Assembly: GCA_024277355.1 (NCBI GenBank)
Contig: JAJRVL010000004.1
Span: forward strand, 390,001-422,000
Origin: an archaeon
Lineage (GTDB): Archaea; Iainarchaeota; Iainarchaeia; Iainarchaeales; 1-14-0-10-31-34
Length of the DNA stretch: 32,000 nt
Direction: 5' to 3'
Shown here in pieces: positions 17,450 through 25,978 of the stretch. A program made the position numbers and the translations under genes. Position 1 is the stretch's first letter. Each line of letters starts with the position of its first letter. The notes under the pieces were generated by a model. The model was not told the origin of the DNA. It did not search any database and worked only from the letters and a program-made list of their open reading frames with translations.

Positions 17450-17722
17450 ATGTTGTCTTTAGAATGGATTCCGAAATTGTTTAGTTTGGATTTGCAGTGG
17501 TTTATTGAATTAGCAATGAATAATTTAGTGTGGGTTTTTATGTTTCTTGCAATAACTTTTGTTTTTAATGAAATGAAGTTTTCTCCTAAAATTTTTATTG
17601 TATTAATTTTAGGGTTAATTGGCTTTGAAGAATTTTTAGCTGAAATGGAAATATATTATTTAGTTGCAGGGTTTTTGTTTGTGTTTTATGTACTTGAACT
17701 GATTGTATTAGTTTTTGCATAA
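17450..17722 (+). CDS. Small multi-pass membrane protein, unknown function
   Basis: 90 aa; 2-3 hydrophobic helices; divergent from the TrmB gene. Confidence 0.6.
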   Translation: MLSLEWIPKLFSLDLQWFIELAMNNLVWVFMFLAITFVFNEMKFSPKIFIVLILGLIGFEEFLAEMEIYYLVAGFLFVFYVLELIVLVFA

Positions 17723-17815
17723 ACAATTCCTTCATTAAAAAACAAAATTCCTTTAGTTGAAACAATTTATTTTCTGACAATATTAGGAGTTTATTTTACT
17801 TTTTTAAGTGGTTAA

Positions 17816-17992
17816 ATGATAAAAAAATCTTTAATTCAGGGATTAGTTGTTTGTGCATTAATTTACTTTATCCTGATTTTTTTAAATATTCTTGGAATTA
17901 AATTAGCAAATGAATTTATTTTTTCATTTAACGGAATGCTTTCTTTTTACATTGCAGTGGCAGTAGGAATATTTATGTTTATGAGAATTTAA
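17816..17992 (+). CDS. Small membrane protein, unknown function (below track length)
   Basis: My translation: MIKKSLIQGLVVCALIYFILIFLNILGIKLANEFIFSFNGMLFFYIAVAVGIFMFMRI (58 aa); TAA-ATG junction with the preceding open segment, same frame. Confidence 0.5.
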   Translation: MIKKSLIQGLVVCALIYFILIFLNILGIKLANEFIFSFNGMLSFYIAVAVGIFMFMRI

Positions 17993-18006
17993 AGAAAAAA
18001 TTTATT

Positions 18007-19530
18007 TTATTCAATTTTTTTAAATAAAATTTCTGGTTGACCTGTTTTTGTTCCTTCTTTTATTTGATTCCATTTTAAGGTTTCTTCAAATTTCATTGAA
18101 TTAATTCCTAATTGTTTCTGAATTTTTATTGCTGTTTCAGGCATAAAAGGATACAATAAAATACTTGAAACTCTTAAGGATTCAGATAAAGTATAAAGTA
18201 CATTAGCTAATTTTTCTTTTTCTTCTTTTTTAGCTAATTCCCATGGCTTTGAATCATTAATATATTTATTTGATGCATTAATTATTTCCCAGATTAAAGC
18301 TAAAGCTTTATTTAATTGCAGTTCATCAATTAATTTTCCTGTTTCTTCTGCGTTTTTTAAAGTTAAATCCCTTAATTCTTTATCCTGCTTAGAAATATTT
18401 ACTGCTTTAGGAATTTTTCCATCAAAATATTTTTCTATCATCACAATAGATCTATTTAATAAATTCCCTAAACTGTCAGCTAACTCAGAATTAATTCTTT
18501 GAACTAAAGCCTTCTCTGAGTAATCTCCATCTGAACCAAAAGGAATTTCTCTCATTAAAAAATAACGTAAAGCATCAACTGAATATTTTTCGCTTACTTC
18601 TACTGGATCAATTACATTTCCTTTTGACTTAGACATTTTTTGTCCTTCAACTGTAAGCCAGCCGTGACCAAAAACTTTTTTCGGCAAAGGCATTCCGGCA
18701 GACAATAACATTGCAGGCCAGATTACTGCATGAAATCTTACAATTTCTTTTCCCATTAAATGAACATCAGCAGGCCAAATAGATTTGAATTGCTTTGAAT
18801 TACTTCCATAACCAATTGCAGTAATATAATTCAGCAAAGCATCAAACCAGACATAAATTACGTGATTTTTGTTTAAAGGAACAGGAATACCCCATTTAAT
18901 TGAAGTCCTTGAAATAGATAAATCAGTTAACCCTTGTTTAATAAAATTTAATATTTCATTTTTTCTTGTTTCAGGCATTACAACATCAGCACTTTCAATA
19001 TAACCAATTAAAGCCTGTTCATATTTACTTAATTTAAAAAAATAAGATTCTTCTCTCATTATTTGAGTTTCTTTTCCGCATTCAAAACAAAATTTTTCTT
19101 CTTTTAATTGTGCTTTAGTATAATAAGTTTCACAAGGAACACAATAATGTCCTTCATATTCTCCTAAATAAATGTCTCCATTTTCATAAATTTTTTTAAA
19201 GAATTTTATAACTGCTTTTTCATGCATTAAATCAGTTGTACGAATAAAATAATCATAAGAAATATTTAGTTTTTTCCATGCTTCAGTAAAAAAAGGAATT
19301 AATTCATCCAAGAATTCTTTTGGGTTTTTTCCTTTTTCTTCTGCGGCTTTAAATATTTTTTCTCCATGTTCATCTGTTCCAGTAAGAAAAAAAACTTTTT
19401 CTCCTTTAATTCGATGAAATCTGGCTAAAATATCTGCAGATATATTAGTGTAAGCAGAACCAATATGAGGTTTATCGTTTACGTAATATAACGGAGTTGT
19501 AACATAAAATGTATTTTTTATTTTATTCAC
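18007..19530 (-). CDS. metG: Methionyl-tRNA synthetase, bacterial-type
   Basis: 507 aa; 'YVTTPLYYVNDKPHIGSAYTNISADILARFHRIKGEKVFFLTGTDEHGEKI', 'HGWLTVEGQKMSKSKGNVIDP'. Confidence 0.93.
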   Translation of the reverse strand: MNKIKNTFYVTTPLYYVNDKPHIGSAYTNISADILARFHRIKGEKVFFLTGTDEHGEKIFKAAEEKGKNPKEFLDELIPFFTEAWKKLNISYDYFIRTTDLMHEKAVIKFFKKIYENGDIYLGEYEGHYCVPCETYYTKAQLKEEKFCFECGKETQIMREESYFFKLSKYEQALIGYIESADVVMPETRKNEILNFIKQGLTDLSISRTSIKWGIPVPLNKNHVIYVWFDALLNYITAIGYGSNSKQFKSIWPADVHLMGKEIVRFHAVIWPAMLLSAGMPLPKKVFGHGWLTVEGQKMSKSKGNVIDPVEVSEKYSVDALRYFLMREIPFGSDGDYSEKALVQRINSELADSLGNLLNRSIVMIEKYFDGKIPKAVNISKQDKELRDLTLKNAEETGKLIDELQLNKALALIWEIINASNKYINDSKPWELAKKEEKEKLANVLYTLSESLRVSSILLYPFMPETAIKIQKQLGINSMKFEETLKWNQIKEGTKTGQPEILFKKIE

Positions 19531-19604
19531 CTTAAAAAAAAATTACAATACAAAGAGAAAAAAGCTATATATTATTTTGAAAGTTAAACAATTAAAAAAG
19601 GATA

Positions 19605-20300
19605 CTAAAGGTTTCTTATCCCTACTTCATCAAAAAAAGGCTCTAAGATTTTCTTTAATTCCATTAATTTTTCTTTTGCATAAGGTTCTTTATTTTTAAA
19701 TTCAGGATCTAATAAAGGAACTTCATTTCTAAACTGCTGTAAAAAAAAAGCTTTGCTTCCTTTTAACCATTCCCCAATTTTTTTTGCATCTTCCCCAGAA
19801 AAAAATTCAGGAATTATTGTAGTACGGAATTCATAATTTAAACCTGAATTTTTAATTAATTCAATACTTTCTTTTATTTTATTTAAATCAACTTTTACTT
19901 CACATATTTCAGAATATTTTTCTAATGAAGTTTTTATATCCATTGCAATAAAATCAACTAATTTTTTTTCAATTAATTCTTTCAGCATTTCAGGATTAGT
20001 TCCATTTGAATCTAATTTAACTAAAAAACCTTTTTCTTTAATTTTTTTACAAAACTCCGGTAAATCTTTATGCAAAGTAGGTTCTCCGCCTGTAATGCAG
20101 ACTCCTTCCAGCCATTTTTTCTTTGAATCCAAAAAATAAAAAAAATCTTTTTCAGGAAGTTCAGGAGCATCAGAAACAGAAACTAAAGCAGGATTCTGAC
20201 AAAAACCGCAGCGGAAATTACAGCCTTCAGTAAAAACCGTACACGCAACTTTTTCTGGAAAATCAATTAAAGTTGTTTTTTGCAGTCCTTTAATAATCAT
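19605..20300 (-). CDS. nrdG: Anaerobic ribonucleoside-triphosphate reductase activating protein (radical SAM)
   Basis: 'LQKTTLIDFPEKVACTVFTEGCNFRCGFCQNPALV' CxxxCxxC cluster; adjacent to nrdD. The listed ORF starts at GTG 20309; ATG is at 20300. Confidence 0.9.
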   Translation of the reverse strand: MIIKGLQKTTLIDFPEKVACTVFTEGCNFRCGFCQNPALVSVSDAPELPEKDFFYFLDSKKKWLEGVCITGGEPTLHKDLPEFCKKIKEKGFLVKLDSNGTNPEMLKELIEKKLVDFIAMDIKTSLEKYSEICEVKVDLNKIKESIELIKNSGLNYEFRTTIIPEFFSGEDAKKIGEWLKGSKAFFLQQFRNEVPLLDPEFKNKEPYAKEKLMELKKILEPFFDEVGIRNL

Positions 20301-20353
20301 AAAAATCACATAAAAAAAATTAATTAAAAAAAAATAAAAAAAAGAAAAAAGAA

Positions 20354-20521
20354 TTAACAGATATTTGTTTCTGTTTTAAATGAATTACACATAGTTTTTT
20401 CTTCATTGTAAGCTAATCTGTCTTTAAATTCTTCTTTTTTTCCTATATTCCAATTCTGTACTGGCCTGTAATAACCAACAATTCTGGAATAAGTTTCGCA
20501 TTGCGAATCACATTTAGTCAT
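20354..20521 (-). CDS. Stand-alone NrdD C-terminal glycyl-radical domain (below track length)
   Basis: My translation: MTKCDSQCETYSRIVGYYRPVQNWNIGKKEEFKDRLAYNEEKTMCNSFKTETNIC (55 aa). 'YSRIVGYYRPVQNWN.GKKEEFKDR' is the class III RNR glycyl-radical loop. SD GGAGG is 8 nt upstream of ATG. Confidence 0.8.
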   Translation of the reverse strand: MTKCDSQCETYSRIVGYYRPVQNWNIGKKEEFKDRLAYNEEKTMCNSFKTETNIC

Positions 20522-20524
20522 TTT

Positions 20525-20821
20525 TTATGCCTCCTTTATTTCTATTTTAATTTTTTCTTTATTTGAATTTACTTTAGATTTATCTTCTGCATTATTACTA
20601 ACAGCTGAAACAGTCATAGGACACTGGAAGTGTTCTCCTTTAACATAACCATGAACCGGACAAACACTAAAAGTCGGAGTAATTGAATAATATGGAAGCC
20701 TTGTATTTTCTGCGATTTTTTTTACTAAAGCTTTGCATGTTTTTCCATCACTTATTTTTTCTCCTAAAAAAGTATGGAAAATTGTTCCGCCGGTATACAA
20801 GTGTTGTATTTCATTCTGGTG
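20525..20821 (-). CDS. nrdD: NrdD middle segment (open frame between two in-frame TAA codons)
   Basis: HQNEIQHLYTGGTIFHTFLGEKISDGKTCKALVKKIAENTRLPYYSITPTFSVCPVHGYVKGEHFQCP...; the track shows it as ORF 20525-20800 starting with TTG. Confidence 0.75.
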   Translation of the reverse strand, partial: HQNEIQHLYTGGTIFHTFLGEKISDGKTCKALVKKIAENTRLPYYSITPTFSVCPVHGYVKGEHFQCPMTVSAVSNNAEDKSKVNSNKEKIKIEIKEA

Positions 20822-22570
20822 TTATAATGCTTCAATTGCATCTTCTGTATGGCTTACAGGTAATTGAGTTGAATTTGTAAGATAAGGGGTTTCTTCTCCT
20901 GCAGTATAAATTTCAGGATGAGCTTTTTTATCCAACATTGCCAGCCTATATGAAGCTGATTCAGCAGGAGTTGCCTCCAAGTTATATAAATTCTGTGTTT
21001 CTTTCTGGAATTCAAAACATTTATTTCTCATAAAAGTTAATGTTTCAATTGCAAATTGTTTTCCTTCTTCTGAAGAAATATCTTTTCCTAAAAAATTAAC
21101 ACAAGCTTCATTCATTCCGCACAAACCAATAGTTGAAAAATGATTGTTAAAAGTTCCAAGATAAGCTTTAGTATAAGGCATTAAACCATTTTCCAAATTT
21201 TTGTTTATGATTTTTCTTTTAATTTCTAATGAAGTTTTAGCAAAATTCATGTAAGTTTCTATTGCATTAAAGAATTCTTCTTTTGTTTTAGATTCAAAAG
21301 CAATACGATTTACATTAATTGTTACTACTCCAATTGAACCAGTTGCATCCCCAGGACCCCACATTCCTCCAGGCCTGTTAATCAACTGACTGGTATCCAT
21401 GTTTAACCTGCAGCACATTGCCCGAATACTTTTAGGATCTAAATCTGAACCAACATAATTCTGGAAATAAGGAATCCCATATTTTGCAGTAACAGTAAAT
21501 AATAAATCTGCATTATCTGAATTCCAATTAAAAGTTTTAGTTAAATTGTATGTAGGAATAGGAAAAGTAAAAACTCTTCCGTTTGCATCTCCTTCCTGCA
21601 TTACTTCAAGAAAAGCTTTGTTAATCATGTCCATTTCTTTTTGCAAATCCCCGTAAGTAAATTCCTGTTCTTTTCCGCCAACAATTCCTTTATCTTTTTC
21701 TAAATCTTCAGGAACAGTCCAGTCAAAAGTTAAATTAGAAAATGGATACTGTGACCCCCAACGACTTGGAATATTTAAAGAATAAACTAATTCCTGCATG
21801 CATTGTTTTACCTGCCTGTAAGTCATATTATCTGCTCTGACAAAAGGAGCTAATAAAGTGTCAACAGAAGAAAATGCTTGTGCGCCTGCAAACTCCATTT
21901 GCAAGCAACCAATAAAATTCACCATTTGATGAACAACAACATCCATGTGTTTTGCTGGTTTTGCATCAACTTTGTTTGCTACTCCTCCAAAACCTTTAAC
22001 CAATAAGTCTTTCAAAGACCATCCTGCACAATAACCAATAAATCCATGGCTTAAGTCATGAATATGCATATAACCTTTTTTGTAGGCTTCACTTACTTCT
22101 TTTGGATAAATTTGTGTTAAAGCATAACTTGCAATAACTTTTCCTGCTGTGTGAAGAAGTAATCCTGAAAAAGAATAAGCTTCATTTGAATTTTCTTTTA
22201 CTCTCCAGTCATCCTGTTTAAGGTATTCATTTATTGTTTCTTCTACATCAATAAAAGTATCTTTCATTTCTCTTATTTTTGCATGCTGTTCTCTGTACAA
22301 AATATATGCTTTAGCTGTTTTTGCATGACCTTCTTCAACTAAAACTTTTTCAATTATATCCTGCATTTGTTCAACTGAAGGAATATCAGTTCCGGAATCA
22401 AATTTAATTCTTAAAACAAATTCAACTTTGTCTGCAAGTTTTTTTGCTGCTTCAAGGTTTGAGCCTCCAACACTTTTTGCAGCATTAAAAATAGCCTGAA
22501 CTATTTTTTCTTTGTCAAAAGACACTATTTTATTGTTTCTTTTTCTTATGTTCTTTAAATATTCAGCCAT
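20822..22570 (-). CDS. nrdD: Anaerobic ribonucleoside-triphosphate reductase, N-terminal and catalytic part
   Basis: ATP-cone 'RKRNNKIVSFDKEKIVQAIFNAAKSVGG', 'INRPGGMWGPGDATGSIGVVTINVNRIAFE', 'IGLCGMNEACVNFLG', 'YLTNSTQLPVSHTEDAIEAL*'. ATG 22570 with SD AGAGGGG; listed start is TTG 22594. Confidence 0.92.
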   Translation of the reverse strand: MAEYLKNIRKRNNKIVSFDKEKIVQAIFNAAKSVGGSNLEAAKKLADKVEFVLRIKFDSGTDIPSVEQMQDIIEKVLVEEGHAKTAKAYILYREQHAKIREMKDTFIDVEETINEYLKQDDWRVKENSNEAYSFSGLLLHTAGKVIASYALTQIYPKEVSEAYKKGYMHIHDLSHGFIGYCAGWSLKDLLVKGFGGVANKVDAKPAKHMDVVVHQMVNFIGCLQMEFAGAQAFSSVDTLLAPFVRADNMTYRQVKQCMQELVYSLNIPSRWGSQYPFSNLTFDWTVPEDLEKDKGIVGGKEQEFTYGDLQKEMDMINKAFLEVMQEGDANGRVFTFPIPTYNLTKTFNWNSDNADLLFTVTAKYGIPYFQNYVGSDLDPKSIRAMCCRLNMDTSQLINRPGGMWGPGDATGSIGVVTINVNRIAFESKTKEEFFNAIETYMNFAKTSLEIKRKIINKNLENGLMPYTKAYLGTFNNHFSTIGLCGMNEACVNFLGKDISSEEGKQFAIETLTFMRNKCFEFQKETQNLYNLEATPAESASYRLAMLDKKAHPEIYTAGEETPYLTNSTQLPVSHTEDAIEAL

Positions 22571-22610
22571 TTTTCCCCTCTTTATTTTCCACAAGAAAAA
22601 AACGCAAAAG

Positions 22611-22623
22611 AAATATATAAAGG
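22611..22623 (-). promoter_or_regulatory. TATA box of nrdD
   Basis: Minus strand CCTTTATATATTT, about 40 nt upstream of ATG 22570. Confidence 0.6.
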
Positions 22624-22634
22624 TTCTCTGATAA

Positions 22635-22646
22635 AACCAATTGGTT
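22635..22646. promoter_or_regulatory. 12-bp perfect palindrome upstream of the nrdD TATA box
   Basis: AACCAATTGGTT. Confidence 0.5.
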
Positions 22647-22766
22647 AATTTTTCTTAGTTTTTTTCATAAAAAGTTTGTTTTACTAAGAACATTTTTTTC
22701 ATTTTTTCATTTAACTTAGTTTTTTTAACTGTCTGTTTTGAATTACAATAAAATGTCTGGTATATA

Positions 22767-22844
22767 CTGTTTAAAGCAGTGTCAACACCCACTTTACGCA
22801 GTGCATTTCCTGCTGGAAATCCTGTAGTTTGGTTTTCGAACTAT
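22767..22844. other. Cluster of four short hairpins in the nrdD-mcm intergenic region
   Basis: ACTG(N7)CAGT, CACT(TTACGC)AGTG, ATTTCC(TGCT)GGAAAT, TAGTT(N9)AACTA back to back. Confidence 0.5.
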
Positions 22845-22994
22845 AAAGGATTATATTTTTCTAAGACATAATAAATATGACAAAAAAATTCGTGTTTTAA
22901 CCCAATACCTTGTTAAAAAACTTGTTTTTCAGAGGCAATTACCTCTATAAAACAATTAAAACTAAAAAAAACATATTTATTTGAGGGGTATTGA

Positions 22995-25097
22995 ATGCAA
23001 GAAGAAAAAACTGAATCTGTTTTTGAAACAGAAGAAAATCCTTTTGTTTTAAAGTTTGAGCAATTCTTTTCTCAGCAATGCAAAAAGAAAATTGAAAAGC
23101 TTGCTTCAGAATACCCTGAAAAAAAATCTCTTGAAATTAATTTCAAAGAGTTAGAAGAATTTGATTTTGAATTAGCTGATTCTTTACTTGAAAACCCTGA
23201 TTATTTAATTGAAGCAGCTGAATTAGCAGTAAAAAAAATTGATGTACCAATGCTTGAATCAGAAGACTTTAATCCTTTTATTCGTTTTTTTAATTTACCA
23301 AAAGAAAGCCAGCCTTTGTTAAGAGATATTGGATCAATGCATTTAGGAAAATTAATTTCAGTTGAAGGAGTAATAAGACAAATAACTGATGTTCTGCCAA
23401 GATTAAAATCAGCTAAATGGGAATGTAAAAGCTGCGGCAATACTTACAAATTACATCAGTCAGGAACAACCCCTAAACCTCCAAGCATTTGTGAATGCAA
23501 ACACAGAGATTTCAGATTAATTCCAAATGAAAGTGAATTTATTGACAGCCAAAAAATTGAAATCCAGGAACCATTAGAAAAATTACGGGGATCAGAACAG
23601 GCAGTTAATCTTGAAATTCATGCAACAAATGATTTAGTAAATAAAGTTTCTGCAGGAGACAGAACAAAAATTACAGGCATTTTAAGGTTAAGAGCGCCAA
23701 AAGACAAAAAACTTGTTTTTATGAGGTATTTAGAAACAGTTCATTTAGAAGAAACTGCAAGAGAATTTGAAGAAGTTGAAATAACTAAAGAAGAAGAACA
23801 TGAAATAAAATCTCTTGCTTTAAATCCAAAAGTTTATGACATGTTAATTCAAAGCATTGCCCCTGCAATTTATGGACACGAAAAATTAAAGGAATCAATT
23901 GTATTGCAGTTGTTTGGCGGAGTTAAAAAAAACCTTCCTGGAAAAGCAACAATTAGAGGAAATATTCATGTATTATTAGTTGGAGATCCAGGTGTTGCAA
24001 AATCACAAATTTTAATGGCAGTAAATCAGATTGCTCCTAAATCAATTTATGTTGCAGGAAAAACTTCTTCCGGAGTTGGATTAACAGCTTCAGCAGTAAA
24101 AGATGACTTTGGAGAAGGAGGCTGGACATTAAAAGCAGGAGCATTAGTTTTAGCTTCAGGCGGTTTAGCTAATATTGATGAATTTGACAAAATGGATAAA
24201 GACGACAGAAGTGCAATGCATGAAGCAATGGAACAACAAATGGTTTCAATTGCAAAAGCAGGAATTGTAACCAGATTTAAAACTGACACTTCAATTCTTG
24301 CAGCAGCAAACCCAAAATTTTCAAGATTTGATCCTTATGAACCTTTTATTAAACAAATTGATTTGCCTCCAACTTTAATTTCAAGATTTGATTTATTTTT
24401 CATGATAAGAGATGTATTAGACAGAGTAAGAGATGAAGAAATAACTTCAAATATTTTAAAAGCCCACAAAGTAGGAGAATTAATGCTTCAAAGCAAAAAA
24501 ACAGGAAAAAAAGAAACACAAGAAACAAAAGAACTAAAGGAAAGCATTACTCCTGTAATTGACCATGACTTATTAAGAAAATATATTTCTTATGCAAGAC
24601 AAAAAATTTCTCCTGTTTTAACTAACGAAGCAATCAAAAATTTAAGTGAATTTTATTTAGGTTTAAGAGAAATGGGAAAAAAAGAAGGAAGTTATGCAGC
24701 CACCCACAGACAATTAGAAGGATTAGTCAGATTAAGCGAAGCAAGTGCAAGAGTAAGATTAAGTGAAAAAGTAGAAAAAACTGATGCAGACAGAGCAATA
24801 AAATTACTGAAAAATTCATTGCAAGATGTAGTAACTGATCCTGAAACAGGAAGAATTGACATGGATATAATTAATATTGGAACCACTCATTCAAAATTAA
24901 CTGCAATAAGAAATGTATTAAATATTATAAGACAAAAATCAAAAGAACAGGATTTAGTTCCAATAATCGAAGTAGTAGAAGAAGCAAAAACAATTGGATT
25001 AGAAAAAGACAAAGTAAATGAAATTATTTCTGAACTAAAAAGAAAAGGAGAAATATACGAAAAAAAACACGGATTTATTTCTCCAGTAGACAAATAA
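22995..25097 (+). CDS. mcm: Replicative DNA helicase MCM
   Basis: 700 aa; 'HVLLVGDPGVAKSQILMAVNQIAPKSIYVAGKTSSGVGLTA', 'FDKMDKDDRSAMHEAMEQQ', 'LPPTLISRFDLFF'. No intein. Confidence 0.96.
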   Translation: MQEEKTESVFETEENPFVLKFEQFFSQQCKKKIEKLASEYPEKKSLEINFKELEEFDFELADSLLENPDYLIEAAELAVKKIDVPMLESEDFNPFIRFFNLPKESQPLLRDIGSMHLGKLISVEGVIRQITDVLPRLKSAKWECKSCGNTYKLHQSGTTPKPPSICECKHRDFRLIPNESEFIDSQKIEIQEPLEKLRGSEQAVNLEIHATNDLVNKVSAGDRTKITGILRLRAPKDKKLVFMRYLETVHLEETAREFEEVEITKEEEHEIKSLALNPKVYDMLIQSIAPAIYGHEKLKESIVLQLFGGVKKNLPGKATIRGNIHVLLVGDPGVAKSQILMAVNQIAPKSIYVAGKTSSGVGLTASAVKDDFGEGGWTLKAGALVLASGGLANIDEFDKMDKDDRSAMHEAMEQQMVSIAKAGIVTRFKTDTSILAAANPKFSRFDPYEPFIKQIDLPPTLISRFDLFFMIRDVLDRVRDEEITSNILKAHKVGELMLQSKKTGKKETQETKELKESITPVIDHDLLRKYISYARQKISPVLTNEAIKNLSEFYLGLREMGKKEGSYAATHRQLEGLVRLSEASARVRLSEKVEKTDADRAIKLLKNSLQDVVTDPETGRIDMDIINIGTTHSKLTAIRNVLNIIRQKSKEQDLVPIIEVVEEAKTIGLEKDKVNEIISELKRKGEIYEKKHGFISPVDK

Positions 25098-25138
25098 ATT
25101 AAACTGATTTAAATTCTTTTTCTTTTTTATTAAATCAG

Positions 25139-25978
25139 ATGAACAAAAAATTATTCAGCCAATTAGCAGTAATTTTTCTTGTAACGCAAATTCTTGGATT
25201 ATATGTTGGAATGAATTTAATTTCATCTGAAATCAAAAGAGAAGGAATAATAAATGATAATCCAGACGACCCAATTAATTCAATTGGATTATTTGTTTAT
25301 ATTCTAGTTTTTACTGGAATACTTTTAATTATAATTAAATTCTATAAAGGAGACTTGCTTTTCATAATACTTGAATCAATTCTAGTTTTTTTAACTTCAT
25401 TAATTGTTTTTGGTTTTTTAATTCCAGAAGAATTTGCATTAATTGCATTAATTCTTCCAGTATTATTAGTTGCTTCAAGATTAATTTTCAGAAAAAATTT
25501 ATGGTTAAGAAATACTGCTTCAGTTTTAGCAGCAGCAGGAGCAGGACCATTAATTGGATATAATTTTGGAATAATCCCAGTAATGCTTTTTTTAGTTATT
25601 TTAGCAGGCTATGATATTATTGCAGTTTTTTACACTAAACACATGGTAACTTTAGCTAAAGGAATAACAAAAAAAAATTTAGCTTTTACTTTTGCTTTGC
25701 CTACAAAAAAACACCAATATGAATTAGGTTCAGGAGACATGGTTATTCCATTAGTTTTTGCAGTAAGCATTTTAACTGAAACAACAAAACAATTTATTTT
25801 TCCTTTCAACTTAATTGCGCCGGCAGTAATTTTATGGGGTTCATTAGTTGGATTAGGACTAACAATTCATTACAGTTCAAATAACATAGGCAAAGCATTG
25901 CCTGCACTGCCTTTACAGACAGTAATAATGTTTTTAATGTTAGGATTATGTGTTGCTTTAGGAATTTTTATTTTTTAA
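25139..25978 (+). CDS. Presenilin / signal-peptide-peptidase-like intramembrane aspartyl protease
   Basis: 279 aa multi-pass; catalytic 'AGYDIIAVF' and 'LGSGDMVIPL' (YD/GxGD) plus 'PALPLQ' (PAL motif). Confidence 0.9.
   Translation: MNKKLFSQLAVIFLVTQILGLYVGMNLISSEIKREGIINDNPDDPINSIGLFVYILVFTGILLIIIKFYKGDLLFIILESILVFLTSLIVFGFLIPEEFALIALILPVLLVASRLIFRKNLWLRNTASVLAAAGAGPLIGYNFGIIPVMLFLVILAGYDIIAVFYTKHMVTLAKGITKKNLAFTFALPTKKHQYELGSGDMVIPLVFAVSILTETTKQFIFPFNLIAPAVILWGSLVGLGLTIHYSSNNIGKALPALPLQTVIMFLMLGLCVALGIFIF

Noticed and set aside
20354-22570. Intein or group I intron explaining the nrdD split
   Set aside because: The pieces are contiguous with no large insertion, no splicing-motif or homing-endonuclease sequence. 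Only about 30 K/E-rich residues separate the zinc-ribbon halves.
24047-25093. Minus-strand ORFs inside mcm (24047-24289, 24692-24886, 24887-25093)
   Set aside because: Antisense to strongly conserved MCM coding sequence with no independent support.
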